Assembly: GCA_943704415.1 (NCBI GenBank) | Contig: CALSCO010001717.1 | Location: forward strand, 1-44,927 | DNA length: 44,927 nucleotides | From: Parvularia atlantis | Lineage: Eukaryota | Direction: 5' to 3' | Shown: positions 26,691 to 38,957 of the stretch, in pieces | How positions within the stretch are numbered: the first letter of the stretch is position 1 | How the letters are laid out: each line of letters begins with the position of its first letter | Translations under genes and position numbers: made by a program | Notes under the pieces: generated by a model | Database searches by the model: none | Seen by the model: only the letters and a program-made list of their open reading frames with translations | Told to the model about the DNA's origin: nothing

Positions 26691-27861
26691 CCCGCGGCTC
26701 GGGTTCCACGTGCTGATGCTGCAGCGCGCGTCGCCCGGCGAGGAGGCTGGCCTCGAGCCGTACTTTGACTACCTCGTGCGCGTCAACGGCGTGCGTCTGG
26801 TGCGGCGCGCTGGCGTGGCGTGGCGCGCGCCCCCGCTGACGGGGCGGGCTAGGACAAGGAGGACAACACGCTGACCGACCAGCTCAAGGCGCACGTCAAC
26901 GAGGAGATCGCGCTCACGGTCTACTCGACCAAGACGATGGAGTACCGCGGTGCGCCGCCCGCGGACGCGTTCACCGCACACGCTGACACGCCGCCGCCGC
27001 GCGCAGAGACGCTCGTCGTGCCCAGCAGCAACTGGGGCGGCGTCGGGCTGTTGGGCGCGCGCGTGCGCTTCTGCAGCTTCGAGGAGCCCAACGACAACGT
27101 CTGGCACATCCTCGTGCGTGCGCACGCGCTCGCGACGACGCGCTCAGCGCTCACGCCCGGTGCCGTCAGGACGTGCAGCCCAACTCGCCGGCGGCACGCG
27201 CCGGGTTGCAGGCCGAGAAGGACTACGTGGTAGCGTCGCCCGAGGCGCTGCTGCACGATCAGAACGCGTTCGCCGAGACCGTGGGCGCGTCGTCGGGCAA
27301 GCCGCTGCGGTTGTACGTGTACAACACCGAAGCCGACGCGCTGCGCGAGGTGCGCGAGGGCACGTGGTCGCCGCACGCCGCATGTGACGCGAACGCGTGT
27401 GCGCGCGCACGCACCCACAGGTCACGATCACGCCGGACCGCAACTGGGGCGGGCCCGGCAGCCTCGGCTGCGACGTCGGCTACGGCTTCCTGCACCGGAT
27501 ACCCGTCCGACCCGAGATGCGCACGCCGCGGCGGCCGCGCGACCGCTCTGTGCGTGCTCCATGCAGGTAGGCGCGGGCGGCTGCGGGTCGCTGACGCCGC
27601 GTGAGCGCACAGCTGCTCAACGCCAGCACGAACGGCAGCAGCCTGCCGACTGCCGCGCCCACGCTGCCCGCTGGGTCGCCCGGCGTCGAGGGTGCGGCGC
27701 AGGTGGCCGCCGGGTTTGAGGACGTGTCGCTGGTCGCCCCACCATCGGCCACCTCGCCGTCTGCCGCTTCTGCCGCCGACTGGGCGCCGAAGCCGCGTCC
27801 GCCGCCGGGCACGGTGGAGTTCTCGGGCGGCTTTGTTGCTGAGAGCAGCTTTGTGTCTTGA
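26626..27861 (+). CDS. GORASP: Golgi reassembly stacking protein GRASP55/65 (Grh1), 5 introns
   Basis: MGAGSS myristoylation motif, [49 protein letters not shown] and [20 protein letters not shown]. Confidence 0.95.
26647..26688 (+). repeat. (GGC)n repeat encoding poly-Gly in GRASP
   Basis: About 14 GGC units. Confidence 0.9.
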
Positions 27862-27933
27862 CCGGTGACCGGTGACCCGGTAGTGAGCGACCGCGCGTGT
27901 ACGGGCACTAGTTGTCAATCGGCAGTACCGGTG

Positions 27934-30900
27934 ATGTCGCGCCGTGCGTCTTCTGCGCGGCTTTTCGCGCTCGTCTCACGGCGCCCGCACGCAGCACCCG
28001 CAGCCGCCGCAGCCACCGTCGCAGCCGCCGTGGCCGGCGGCGACGACGACGACGACATTAACATCGAGGGCGTGGACGTGAGCAAGCTCAACCTGGACGA
28101 GGTCGAGGAGGACGACGACGACGACGACGCGGGCGCGGCCGCCCCGGTCCGCCGCCGTGCGCCGCGCAGCAGCCCGCGCAAGAGCGCGCCGATCGGCCCG
28201 GGCCGCGGCGACGAGGCGGGCGACGCCGACGCGGATGGGGACGGGGACGGGGACGGGGACGGGGACGAGGACGAGGACGAGGACGAGGAGGAGGACGAGG
28301 AGCCCAAGCTCAAGTACCAGCGGCTGGGCCCCGGCGTGGCCGAGCTGCTGCGGCAGGACGCGGCCAGCTGCCTCGCCGTCCACGACAAGTTCCTCGCCCT
28401 CGGCACGCACTTTGGCATGATCTTCGTGCTCGACTTCAACGGCAACGAGACCCGCCGCTTCCCCGCCCACACCGCCACCGTCAACGACCTCTCCATCGAC
28501 GGCAACGGCGACTACATCGCCAGCTGCTCCGACGACGGTGCGCCCCCCGTGCGCCCGCGCAGCACACCCGCCCGCGCAGCGGCTCAAACCCCCGCGCACC
28601 AGGCAAGGTCGTCGTGAACGCGCTCTTCGCCGCCGAGGGCCAGCAGGTGTTCATGTACAAGCGCCCCGTCAAGGCCGTCGCGATGGACCCCGACTTCAGC
28701 CGCAAGAACACGCGCCAGCTGACCTCGGGCGGCCTGGCCGGGCAGCTCACGCTCAACGAGAAGGGTGCGCCGGCCGCACCACGCCGCACGCCACGCGCCA
28801 CGCGCCACGTACTCACCGTCTCCTGCGCGCCGCCCCAGGCTGGTTCGGCAACAAGGACGTGGTGCTGCACGCGGGCGAGGGGCCGATCTACGCGATCAAG
28901 TGGGAGGGCAACTTCATCGCCTGGGCCAACGACATGGGCGTCAAGATCTACGACACCACGACCAAGCAGCGCATCACCTTCATCGAGCGGTCCAAGGGCA
29001 GGTGCGTGTGCGTGCGTAGTTGCGTGGCGGTGCATGCCCACATGCACGCACATGCGCGCGCGCGCCGGCAGCCCGCGGCCCGACCTGTACCAGTGCTGCC
29101 TCTGCTGGAAGTCGGACACGGTGCTGCTGATCGGCTGGGCCGACTCGGTCAAGATCGCACGCATCAAGGAGAAGGAGCGCGGCAGCGGCGACGCTGCCCT
29201 GCCCTCGCGCTACGCCGAGATCATCTGCATGTGCGCGCGTGCCCTCACTTGCTTTGCGCGCAGCGCCGTCGCCTGATGCGGCGGCCTGCGATGCTGCAGG
29301 TTTCAGACGGACTACTTCATCTGCGGCATTGCGCCGTTCAACGAGTACCTCGTCATCCTCGCGTTCATGGAGGAGCCCGACAGCGACGGCAAGAAGGCCA
29401 GCCAGAAGAAGGCGCGTGCAGCGGCCGCGCGCACTGTGCGGCTCACCGGCCGCCGCCCGCAGCTCGCCCAGCGCCCGGAGATGCGCATCGTCACATTCCG
29501 CAACGAGGACGTGTCGAGCGACGCGCTGCCCGTCACGGGCTTCGAGAACTATTTGGCCAAGAACTACCGCCTCGGTGCGCGCACTCGCTGTGGCATAGCA
29601 CAGCTTATGCCGCGGACCACTCGGCACGCCAGAGCACATCGCGTCTGAGAACCTGTTCTACGTCGTCAGCCCGCGCGACATCGTCGTGGCGCGCCCGCGC
29701 GACCTGGACGATCACATCGCGTGGCTGCTCGACCGGCAGCGGTCCGTGCGCTGCGCCGCACCCCTCGCAATGCCGGCGTAACACACGCGCCCAGCTTTGA
29801 CGAGGCCCTCGCCGCTGCCGAGAAGGCCGAGTCGCAGCTGAGCGTGCACAAGGTGCTCGACATTGGCCAGAAGTACATCAAGCACCTGATCGACATCGGT
29901 GACGACGGCGCGCGTGCGTTGCTGCCGATGTCTGATGCCCGTGGCACGTGCGCGGCACACAGGCGAGTTTGAGCGCGCGGCGCAACTCTGCCCCAAGGTG
30001 CTCCGGACCGACATGAGCCTGTGGGAGCACTGGGCGTACATCTTTATGGAGATCAAGCAGTACAAGGTGCGTGGCCACTCGCACGTGACGCACGCGCCAG
30101 CGCCTCACGCCCCGGCTCGCGCGGCAGGCCCTGTGTCCGTACATCCCGATCGACAAGCCGCGGCTGAGCCCTATCGTTTACGAGATGGTGCTCAACAACT
30201 TCCTGCACGACGAGACGGGCAAGGTTCGTGCCCCACCCCCTCAAGCGACGGCCCGGGCTGAGCAGCGCGGCGCACGCAGAGCCAGGCACAGCTTTTCCTC
30301 AAGACGATTCGCGAGTGGCCGTCGGACCTGTACAACATCCAGACGATCATCAACTCGCTCCTGGACACGCTGCAGAAGGAGACCAACAACACGGTCCTCA
30401 TGGACGCGCTGGCGGACCTGTGCGCGCAACGCTGTGCTGCGCGTGGCTGCGACGGCGGTGGCTCACGGCCGCACGCCGCGGGCAGGTACACGTACGACAA
30501 GAAGTACGACAAGGCGCTGCAGATCCTGCTGCGCCTGCGACGCGGCAACGTGTTTGAGCTGATCAAGAAGGTGGGCTGTGCGTGTAGTGTGCCCGCGCGT
30601 TGCTGACGGTGCGGCATGTGTGCAGCACAACCTGTTTGACACGATCCAGGACAAAATCGTGGCACTGATGCAGTTTGACGAGGACAGGCAGCTCCAGCAA
30701 CAGCAGCAGGCGCTCGCGGGAACCGCGCCCGCGGTCGACAAGACCAAGCACGGTGCGGCAGCGGCGGCCAAGGACGCACGGCGCAGGCTGACGCCCCCGG
30801 CGCAGACGACGAGGACGTCGAGGGCCGGCCTGCCGTGAGCATGCTCATCAGGAACACGGACAAGATCCCGGTGCGCGCGCACATGCTCACGTGCACTCGC

Positions 30901-32180
30901 ACTCACATCGCGCGTGAGCAGATTGCAACCGTCGTCAACCAGCTGAAAAACTATCCCAAGCTGTGCCACATCTACCTCAACGCGCTCTTTCAGAGGGTGC
31001 GGGCGCGCTGCGCATGCCGCCGCACTGACGCTGCGCCCGCGCGCGCGCGCTGCAGGACCCGCACGTCGGGTCGTCGTTCCACGAGATGCAGGTCGAGCTG
31101 TACGCCGAGTTTGACCGGCCCAAGTTGTTGCCCTTCCTGCGCCAGAGCAACTACTACCCGCTGGAGAAGGCGCGCGCCTGTGCCTGCGCGGTCGCGATGC
31201 TGACGCCGGCGGCGCGCGCACACCCACAGGCGCTGAAGATCTGCCAGGACCGCGACCTCGTGCCCGAAATGGTGTTCATCCTCGGGCGCATGGGCAACAA
31301 CAAGCAGGCGCTCAACCTGATCATTGAGAAGCTCGGCGACGTGGAGCAGGTGTGTTTCTCCCGCTCCAAGTCGCACAGTGTGCTGAGTGCGTTCCCACGT
31401 GCAGGCGATCGAGTTTGCCAAGGAGCAGAACGACGAGGAGCTTTGGGAGGACCTGATCACGTACTCGATGGACAAGCCGGGTGCGCCGCGCCTCGTTGCG
31501 CGCGGCTGCGTTGCGCGCCTGACAACCACCGGCGCAGTGTTCATCATCGGGTTGCTGCAGAGCGTGGGCTCGCACGTGGACCCGATCAAGCTCATCCAGC
31601 GCATCCCCAAGGGGCTCAAGATCCCCGGGCTGCGTGTGGCGCTGATCAAGATTCTGCAGGACTACAACCTGCAGGCGAGCGGCAGCGCAGGCACCACGGC
31701 AGTCGGCGCAGGGCTGACGCATGCGCCGGCCAGATGTCGCTGCGCGAGGGCTGCCGGCAGATTCTGACGACCGACTGCGTGACGCTGCTGGAGAAGCTTC
31801 ACAAGGAACAGAGCCGCGGGTACCTCGTCGAGGGTGCGCGCGGCCGGCGGGGCGGTAGCGTTGGTGCGCTGACGCCACCCGGCGTACGGCAGAAAGCACG
31901 CTGGACGCGTCGTCGCGGCGGCTCATCTTCGGCGACAGTGCGCGCGCGTGTGCGAGTGCGCGTGCGCGTGCAAGCTGACGCGCGCAACACAGCGAGCAAG
32001 AACGTCGTCGTGTTCTTCTGCGGGCACACGTTCTTCGAGAGCTCGCTCGCGAGCCAGGGACGGGCCGCGTCGGCGGCGGGCGGGGCAGCCGGCGACCTGT
32101 TCTGCCCGATCTGCCTGAGCTCGCAGGCGCGGCGCACGACCACGGACCGACGAAGCTCGATTTACATGTCGCGGCGATGA
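27934..32180 (+). CDS. VPS41: HOPS subunit Vps41, about 22 introns
   Basis: Acidic N-terminus, EPKLKYQRL, LALGTHFG, IAWANDMGVKIYD, PRDLDDHIAWL, LYAEFDRPKLLPFLR, EMVFILGRMGN, DEELWEDLI and a degenerate C-terminal RING. Confidence 0.96.
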
Positions 32181-32419
32181 TCGCGAGAGCGCTGTGTACA
32201 GCTTACGGATGCTCAGAGTTACGCATACACACGCGTCAAGAGCTAGGGCGCGCGCGCCCAATGGACAGCACGCCTGTAAGGAACAATACCCATTGATTTA
32301 TGTTGTGTTGTACAACTGCTTTCCGCCTGCCCAACAGATAACACATAGTGTCGTCATGGCGCCCTCTGTGCGCGCTGGTTGTAAGTTGTCGCTCAGCGGG
32401 ACGTAGGCAGTTTGAGCCC

Positions 32420-35400
32420 ATGATGTCGCGCACCTCGCCCCCTGTCGCGGCCCGCGCGGCACACGGCGGCGGCGCGGCGACCGGCGCGGCGGCGGCGGCC
32501 GGCCCCGGCGCGACTACCGCGGCGAGCAGCACGGCCGTGGGCGTCGGCGGGGCCGCCGCGGCGTCGCTCGAGGCCGAGTGCGCCAGCTACATTGACTTCA
32601 TCAACTCGGTCCTCGACCCGGCGGCCGACGCGGCGCTGCGCGGGCGCGTGCCGGTCAAGGTGCGGGCCGGGCAGGGCTGCTGCTGCGCGGTGCTCCGGGG
32701 CGGCAGGAGTGGGCGGGCGGTGCCGCGCGCCGCCGCGGCCTTTTTTTTTTTTCGCCGCTTGTTGTTATTTCGGGGTGCCTGCAGGACGACCGTGGGCGCC
32801 TGTGTGTGCGCGCGGTGCCGTGTGCTGCCCGCCCTCGCGGTGCATGGACGGGGACGCACGGCGCGCGCCCGGTGCGGCCGTGTGCGGCGTGGCGGGCCGT
32901 GGGCGGCGCGCGGCCGCCGTCGGATGAAACGGCGGCGTCTCACCCGTGCGCGCCCAAGGCTCCGCTCGACATCTTCGACGCCTGCGCCGACGGCGTCCTC
33001 CTCGCCAAGCTCATCAACGTCGCGCGCCCCGGCACGATCGCCGACAGCAAGATCGTCCACAACATCGACCGCAGCACCCTCAACGAGCCGGGCTCGCGCG
33101 GTACATGCCGCGCACGTCCGTCCGCACTGATCGGTCTGCTCACGCCCACGCCTGTTGTGCACAGCCATCTTTGAGATGACCGCCAACCACAACCACACGA
33201 TCGACGCCGCCAAGGCCATCGGCTGCAAGATCGTCAACATCTCGGCCGCCGACATCATCGCGATGAAGCAGGACCTCGTCCTCGGCCTCGTCTGGCAGAT
33301 CATCCGCGTGCACCTGCTCAAGGGCGTCAACCTGGTGACCCACCCGGAGCTTATCCGCCTGCTCCAGAAGGGCGAGTCGATCACGACCCTCAGCGACCTC
33401 CCGTCCGAGCAGCTGCTCATGCGCTGGTTCAACTACCACTTGCGCCGCGCCAAGCACGACCGTGTCGTCACCAACTTCTCCACCGACATCCAGGGTGCGC
33501 GTGCTCTCGCTGCACTGCTGCGCTGCTGCAGCTCACGCCGCCCGCGGCCTGCGCAGACGGCGTCAACTACCTCGTCCTGCTCAAGCAGATCGCGCCCAAG
33601 ATGATTGACCAGGAGCTTGTGCAGCAGGCGCTTGCGAGTGCGTGGTCTGCTGCGGCCGTGGCGGCGCCTGAAAGGCTCACGCCCGACCGCGGCGCAGGCG
33701 GCAAGACCGAGACGCGCACCGAGACCGTCGTCGCCGCAGCGCACAAGCTCGGTTGCCGCTCGTTCATCACGCCCGCGCTCATCGCTGCCGGCCAGCCGCG
33801 CCTCAACCTGGCCTTTGTCGCGACGCTGTTCAACGAGCACATCGGCATCGTCCTGCCTACGGAGGAGGAGATCGCCGAGCTGTTTGACACGGTCGCGGTG
33901 CTCAAGCGCGAGGTCGCCGTGTGGCAGAGCGCGTCCGAGAGCAAGGACGTGAAGCAGGCCGACCGCGAGCAGCAGGTGCTCGATGGTGCGCCGTTTGTGT
34001 GCGATGGCTGTGAGCACGCCGCTGACCGCTCGCGCGCAGAGATGAAGCATCTGCGCGAGGAGTTTGAGACGCAGAAGCGCGACCTTCAGACGCAGTTTGA
34101 GGCGCTGCGCGCCCAGAAGCGCGAGGCCGACAGCGTGGCGGCGGCGCGGGAGCAGAGCGTGCGCGTGCTCGAGCAGCAGGTGATGCAGGTTGCGACGGCC
34201 AAGGCCGAGCTCGAGTTCACGCTCGTGGCCGAGACGACGACCAAGGCCGAGCTGGAGGCCGTGGTCGAACAGCAGAAGACTGAGATCACGACGATCGCGA
34301 CGCAGCTCGACGCCGAGCGGCAGCAGGCCGGCCAGCTCGGGCAGCAACTCGCGGCCGAGGTGGCCGTCAACGAGCAGCTGACGGCGCAGGTCGTCCAGCT
34401 TGAGCTGCAGACGACGCAGCTCAGCGCGACCGTGAACGAGCTGGCCGTCGCCAAGGACGAGACCCAGGCGGTGCTGCAGCAGCAGCTGGCCGAGAAGGAG
34501 ATGCTCGAGCGCAAGCTGGCCGAGTACCAGGGCACGCTGTCGCAGCAGTCGCTGGGTGCGCCGCCCGGCCAGCAGCGGCAGCAAGAGGCTCACGCTGACG
34601 GCTCGCGCAGCCATCGAAGTGCTGCAGGCGCAGCGCGAGCAGGAGAACGCGGACCTGCTGGCGCGCATCCAGGAGCTCGAGCGCATCGTCAAGGAGCAGG
34701 AGGGGCAGCTGACCGTGCAGGTGCGGGCGGCGAGAAGGGACAGCGCAGCTCAGGGCGAGGCTGACGGCGGTGGCAGTCGGTCTTCCTCGAGGAGGCGCGC
34801 GGCAAGGTTGCACAGCTCGAGGCGTACATGCAGCAGAACGAGGCCGACATGCAGGTGCGCCGGCGGCCTGCGCGTGTGCGCATGCGCAGACGCACGTGCT
34901 GACGAGCCGCGCGCGTGCGGCAGGCCAACCTGCGCGACGCCGCCGACGCCGTCGGCAGCCTGGGCGAGGACGAGGACCGCAAGATCCGCGTGCGTGCCTG
35001 CGCACGTGCACCGCGCCGCGCGCCGGCCTCACACGTCGATGCGCGCGCAGGACATGGAGCCGCGCGCGCGCCTGCGCCGGCTGCTGCAGCTGCTCATCAA
35101 GCGGACGGTGGACCAAAAGCGCACGACAGACATGCTCATGGACAAGATCGCGATGGTGTCAGGTGCGCTGCGCGTGGCGGCGTGTGGCGGCGCGCGCTGA
35201 CGGGCCTGTCGCTGCACAGAGGACCTGAACAAGAACTCGCGCAACAAGTCCTGCGCCAAGTGCGGCTACTCTGGCAACGACAGTCTCGCGCCACCGGGCG
35301 GCGAGAAGGGCGGCATGTCGTTCCTCAACCGCTTGAGCAAAGGTGCCGTGTCGTGCACGAGCGCGCGCCCTGCTGGCGGCTTACGCGTGGCGCAGGCTTC

Positions 35401-35466
35401 AAGAGCGACGACAACATCAGCGAAAAGGACGTGACGGACCGGCCGCCGCCGTCGCACCGTCCCTGA
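32420..35466 (+). CDS. Single fimbrin/plastin-type actin-binding domain (CH-CH) fused to a long coiled coil, about 11 introns
   Basis: FINSVL, DGVLLAKLINVARPGTI, AKAIGCKIVNI, LVLGLVWQIIR, HPELIRLL, EQLLMRWFNYHL, NFSTDIQDG and PRLNLAFVATLFNEH, then ~300 aa of E/Q/L/A heptad-rich sequence and CAKC. No EF hands and no second ABD. Confidence 0.88.
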
Positions 35467-35646
35467 CACGCCGGCACATCTTGCAGTTCGTTTGTTGGCT
35501 TTCGTTGCTTTTGTTTTTTTGCCCGTGCTGCCGCCGCCTCGCGCGCTCTTTCTCCCGGGGATGGCGCTTGCCTCACGATGTCTGCCGGTGTCCCATGCCC
35601 ATGCCACAACGCCTCAGCGCACACGACACACAGAGACACGGGCCGC

Positions 35647-35787
35647 TCACAGGTCGATCAGCGACGCCGTCGTCGGCTTAAGCACGGGAAACTGCGACGC
35701 TGGTGGCGGGGCCGAGTATCTGCGCGCGGACGGAGTGAGGTCACGCGCCTCGGCGAGCCATGCGCGACGCACACGGCAGGCGCGTGC

Positions 35788-35819
<32 letters not shown>

Positions 35820-36280
35820 CGGTGGTGCTGGGGCCGCGCTGTAGTAGGGCTGGCTCGGGTCGGCGTAGCCGTAGGCCGGCTGGTGCTGCGGGTGCTGCGG
35901 GTGCTGCTGGGGCGGCGGCAGCGCCTGTTGGTAGTACTGCTGCGGGGCGGGCTGCGGGGCGGGCTGCTGCGGCGGCGCGGGCTGAGGCTGGGGCTGGGGT
36001 GCGAGCGTGGGCTGGGAGTACACTGGCGATCCGCCGTACGCCGGCTGCTGCTGCTGCTGCTGAGGTAGGGGCTGCTGCGGCGACGCGACCGGCGGCCCGG
36101 GCGGCGACTGCAGCCGCTGCTGGTCGTACGGGTACGCCTGCTGTCCCTGCTCCCAGTACTGTTGCGGGGTCTGCTGCGGCTGCTGCGGCTGCGGTGGCTG
36201 CTGCGGCTGCTGAGCCTGCGGGGGCGGGGCGGAGTGGTGCTGATGCGGCGGAGGAACGTCGTAGCCGTAGCCGCCCACCG

Positions 36281-36326
<46 letters not shown>

Positions 36327-38764
36327 TGGCTGTTGCGGCTGTTGCGGCTGGGCAGGGTCCCAGTAGCCGGCCTGGGGCGCGCCCTGGCTTGACTCCCAGT
36401 AGGCGCCCGGCTGCGCCGGCTGCGGCGGATACATGCCCGGCGCGTAGCTGTGCTGCGGCTGATGCTGCGGGTGGTAGCTCGGGGCGTACGGCGCCTGCGT
36501 GCGAGCGTGATCAGCGGCGGCAGGACAATGAGCGGCTCGGGGTGTCGTACCGAGGCGACGGCCGGGGCGCGTGCGGCCGTTGCGGCTGCGAGAACGATGA
36601 GCGCGCGCGGCCCAGACAGACCGGCGCACGCACCCTGCGACCGTCGGATGTTCTCCAGCCGCTCCTCCAGCAGCCGGTTGTACGTGTTGATGGCCGTGTT
36701 GAGCTTGTCGGTCAGGTCGAGGTATTGCCCTGACCGTTTTGCATGAGCGCGGCCACGGAGGCGCAAGCACAGGCGCGCACGGTGCCTCCGGTCGGCCTCC
36801 TCAAGGCTCTTGACCAGCTTCGGGTGCAGCGACGCGATGGACGTGTACAGGTCGCTGACGGTCGGGTTGCCGACGAGGTCGTCGCCGTTCTGCTCGATCT
36901 TGTAGATGAGCTGCGCGTGCATGCGTGTGTGTGAGCGCGTCAACAGAACGAAGCACGCCGCCACACCTGCGCAAACAGCTGGATGTTGCGCTTCTCGGTG
37001 TCGCTGAGCTCGCTCGGGTCGCGCGGCGGCGCGCTCGCCTTTGCCGGCGCCGAGGCCATGCTCTTGCTCACGAGTGCTGAGGACGGCGCCGGCGCAGAAG
37101 ACGGCACCGACTGCCGCGGCGGCGGCGGCGACACCTTGCCGGGCGAGATGGACGCGTCGCGCAAGGAGGCGGCGATGGCGGCGACCAGGTCTGGGTCTTC
37201 CTCGTCCTGCACGCCGGGCGCGGGGTGAGGACAGCTGGCACGGTGTGCGTGTGAGAGCACGCGCACCGTGGGCGGCGCCGACCTGACGGATGCCGGCACG
37301 GCGACGGGCTTTGGCGGCGAGCTGACGGGCTTGGCAGATGTCTGCTGCAGCGACAGCTCAAGCGCCTTCTTCAGGTCGTCCTCGAACGGGTCGGCGGTCG
37401 GCGGCGGGGCGCTGGTCGGCACGACGCTGTTGCCGTAGGCGTACTGGAGCGGCGCGGCCTGCAGAACCGCGCACAGGCGGCGCCGCGCAATCAGCGCCTG
37501 CGCCACGCCACGCAGACGTGCGAAGGCGCACCGCGGGAACCGTGCCGGGCACGACCTGCGCCGGGTCGAGGCTGATCGATCGTCGATGTCAGGTAGCGTA
37601 AGTGCGTGCAGTCGCGCAAGCGCACGCACGTCGCCAGGTTGCCAGACTGCTCGGCGTAGCAGCCGTCGCACACGCGCACGGGCTGCTCGATGCCGATGCG
37701 CGGGAGGGGGATGCTGTGCTGCGAGCACTGCTGACAGAACGTCTGGCCGCAGTTGCGGCAGTGGTGCTGACGTGCGCGCGCGTGCGCGTCATTGCCGGGA
37801 CTGCGCCGCGCGCGCCCACGGCGCACACCTTGCGCCGGATCATCGTGAACGGGTTTCGGCAGCGCATGCACACCTCGCTGTCGGCCCACTCGGGCGCCTG
37901 CATCCGCCTCGCGTGAGCAGCAGGCAGACCGGGCACACTGCACGCGCACCGTCGACGTCTCGAGCATGATGCCCGAGCCGTTCTTGTCGACGGGCGGGAA
38001 CGCGACGCCTGTGCGTCCCAGTCCGTCAAAACGCACGCAGCACACACAAGGTGCCGCGCGGCCCGCACCCTGCGCCTTGAGCAGGTTGTATGTGTCACAG
38101 ACAAAGGCGAGGTCGGGCATGCGCTGGAATGCGAGGCCCCACGCCTGGATCAGGTCGAGCGCCTTGGTGCGGACCTCGGTGTTGGCCATTGCCTTATGCC
38201 GCGCTCGCGCGGTAGTGAGCGGGGTGCGGCTGCTGCTGCACGCGCGCACCTGGATCTGCAGCAGCGCGAGCATCGCGTCCATGAACTCGCGCTGCGCCAC
38301 CTCGAGGTGGAAGTGGTGGCCGCAGTTCTTGACGCACATCTCGAGTAGCTGCGGGGCCGCGCGTCAGCGTCTGCGCCCCTCGTCCGCCGTCCCCCCCCCC
38401 GCCGTGTGCGCGCCTTGAGCGTGAGCAGCTGCACGTTGGGGTTCTTGTTGCCCAGGCGGCGCTTGATGGCCCGCGCGGCGTTGGCGGCGCTGCGTGATGC
38501 CGCGCCTACGTCAGCACGTGGCGCCAGGGCGCGTGATGCGCGTCGCGGCGCCGCGCCTGACTTGCTTCGACCGGACGAGGTCGCATATCTGCAGGTTGGC
38601 GCCGATGTCCTCCGTCGGCAGCATCTCGCTCGTCGCCTTGTCTGCGGGCGCGGGCGCGTGCGGCGCCTCGCGGGGTCAGCCCGGCGCAGCGCTAGCGGGC
38701 GACGCGACGTCACCGCACCGACTTGCGCGTCAATGCCGCTCGCGCCGCCGACGAACCACGACAT
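35647..38764 (-). CDS. VPS27: ESCRT-0 subunit Vps27/Hrs (VHS, FYVE, two UIMs, GAT, Q/P-rich region, clathrin box), about 15 introns
   Basis: KATSE, CVKNCG, FYVE W..CMRC..RK|HHCRNCG..RVCDGCY, UIMs [12 protein letters not shown] and [14 protein letters not shown]-terminal SLIDL*. Confidence 0.96.
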
Positions 38765-38957
38765 TTTCTTTTCTTTGCGCGCTGCGGAACTGGTGGTGCG
38801 GGAACTGGCGGGCTGAGGCCGAGGCGGGCGGCGGCGGGCGGCTGACGGCGACGCGGTCGAGACGCGGAGCCGGCGAAGTGTGACACGCGGCCATCACTGT
38901 CGCCTGGCTGCGTCGCAGCGCGTTTTGGTGCCACAACATCCACAGCGCGCGGCAGCA
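38765..38957. promoter_or_regulatory. Bidirectional promoter between VPS27 and HACE1
   Basis: Divergent ATGs 193 nt apart; GAAGTGTGAC at 38875-38884. Confidence 0.6.

Noticed and set aside
29899..29962. Additional GC donors in VPS41 (~29908) and the fimbrin-like gene (~33092)
   Set aside because: Nearby GT donors (29899, 33101) give in-frame products, so they were not counted.
32660..32958. Intronic snoRNA in the long intron
   Set aside because: No convincing box C/D pair with a terminal stem and no H/ACA layout.
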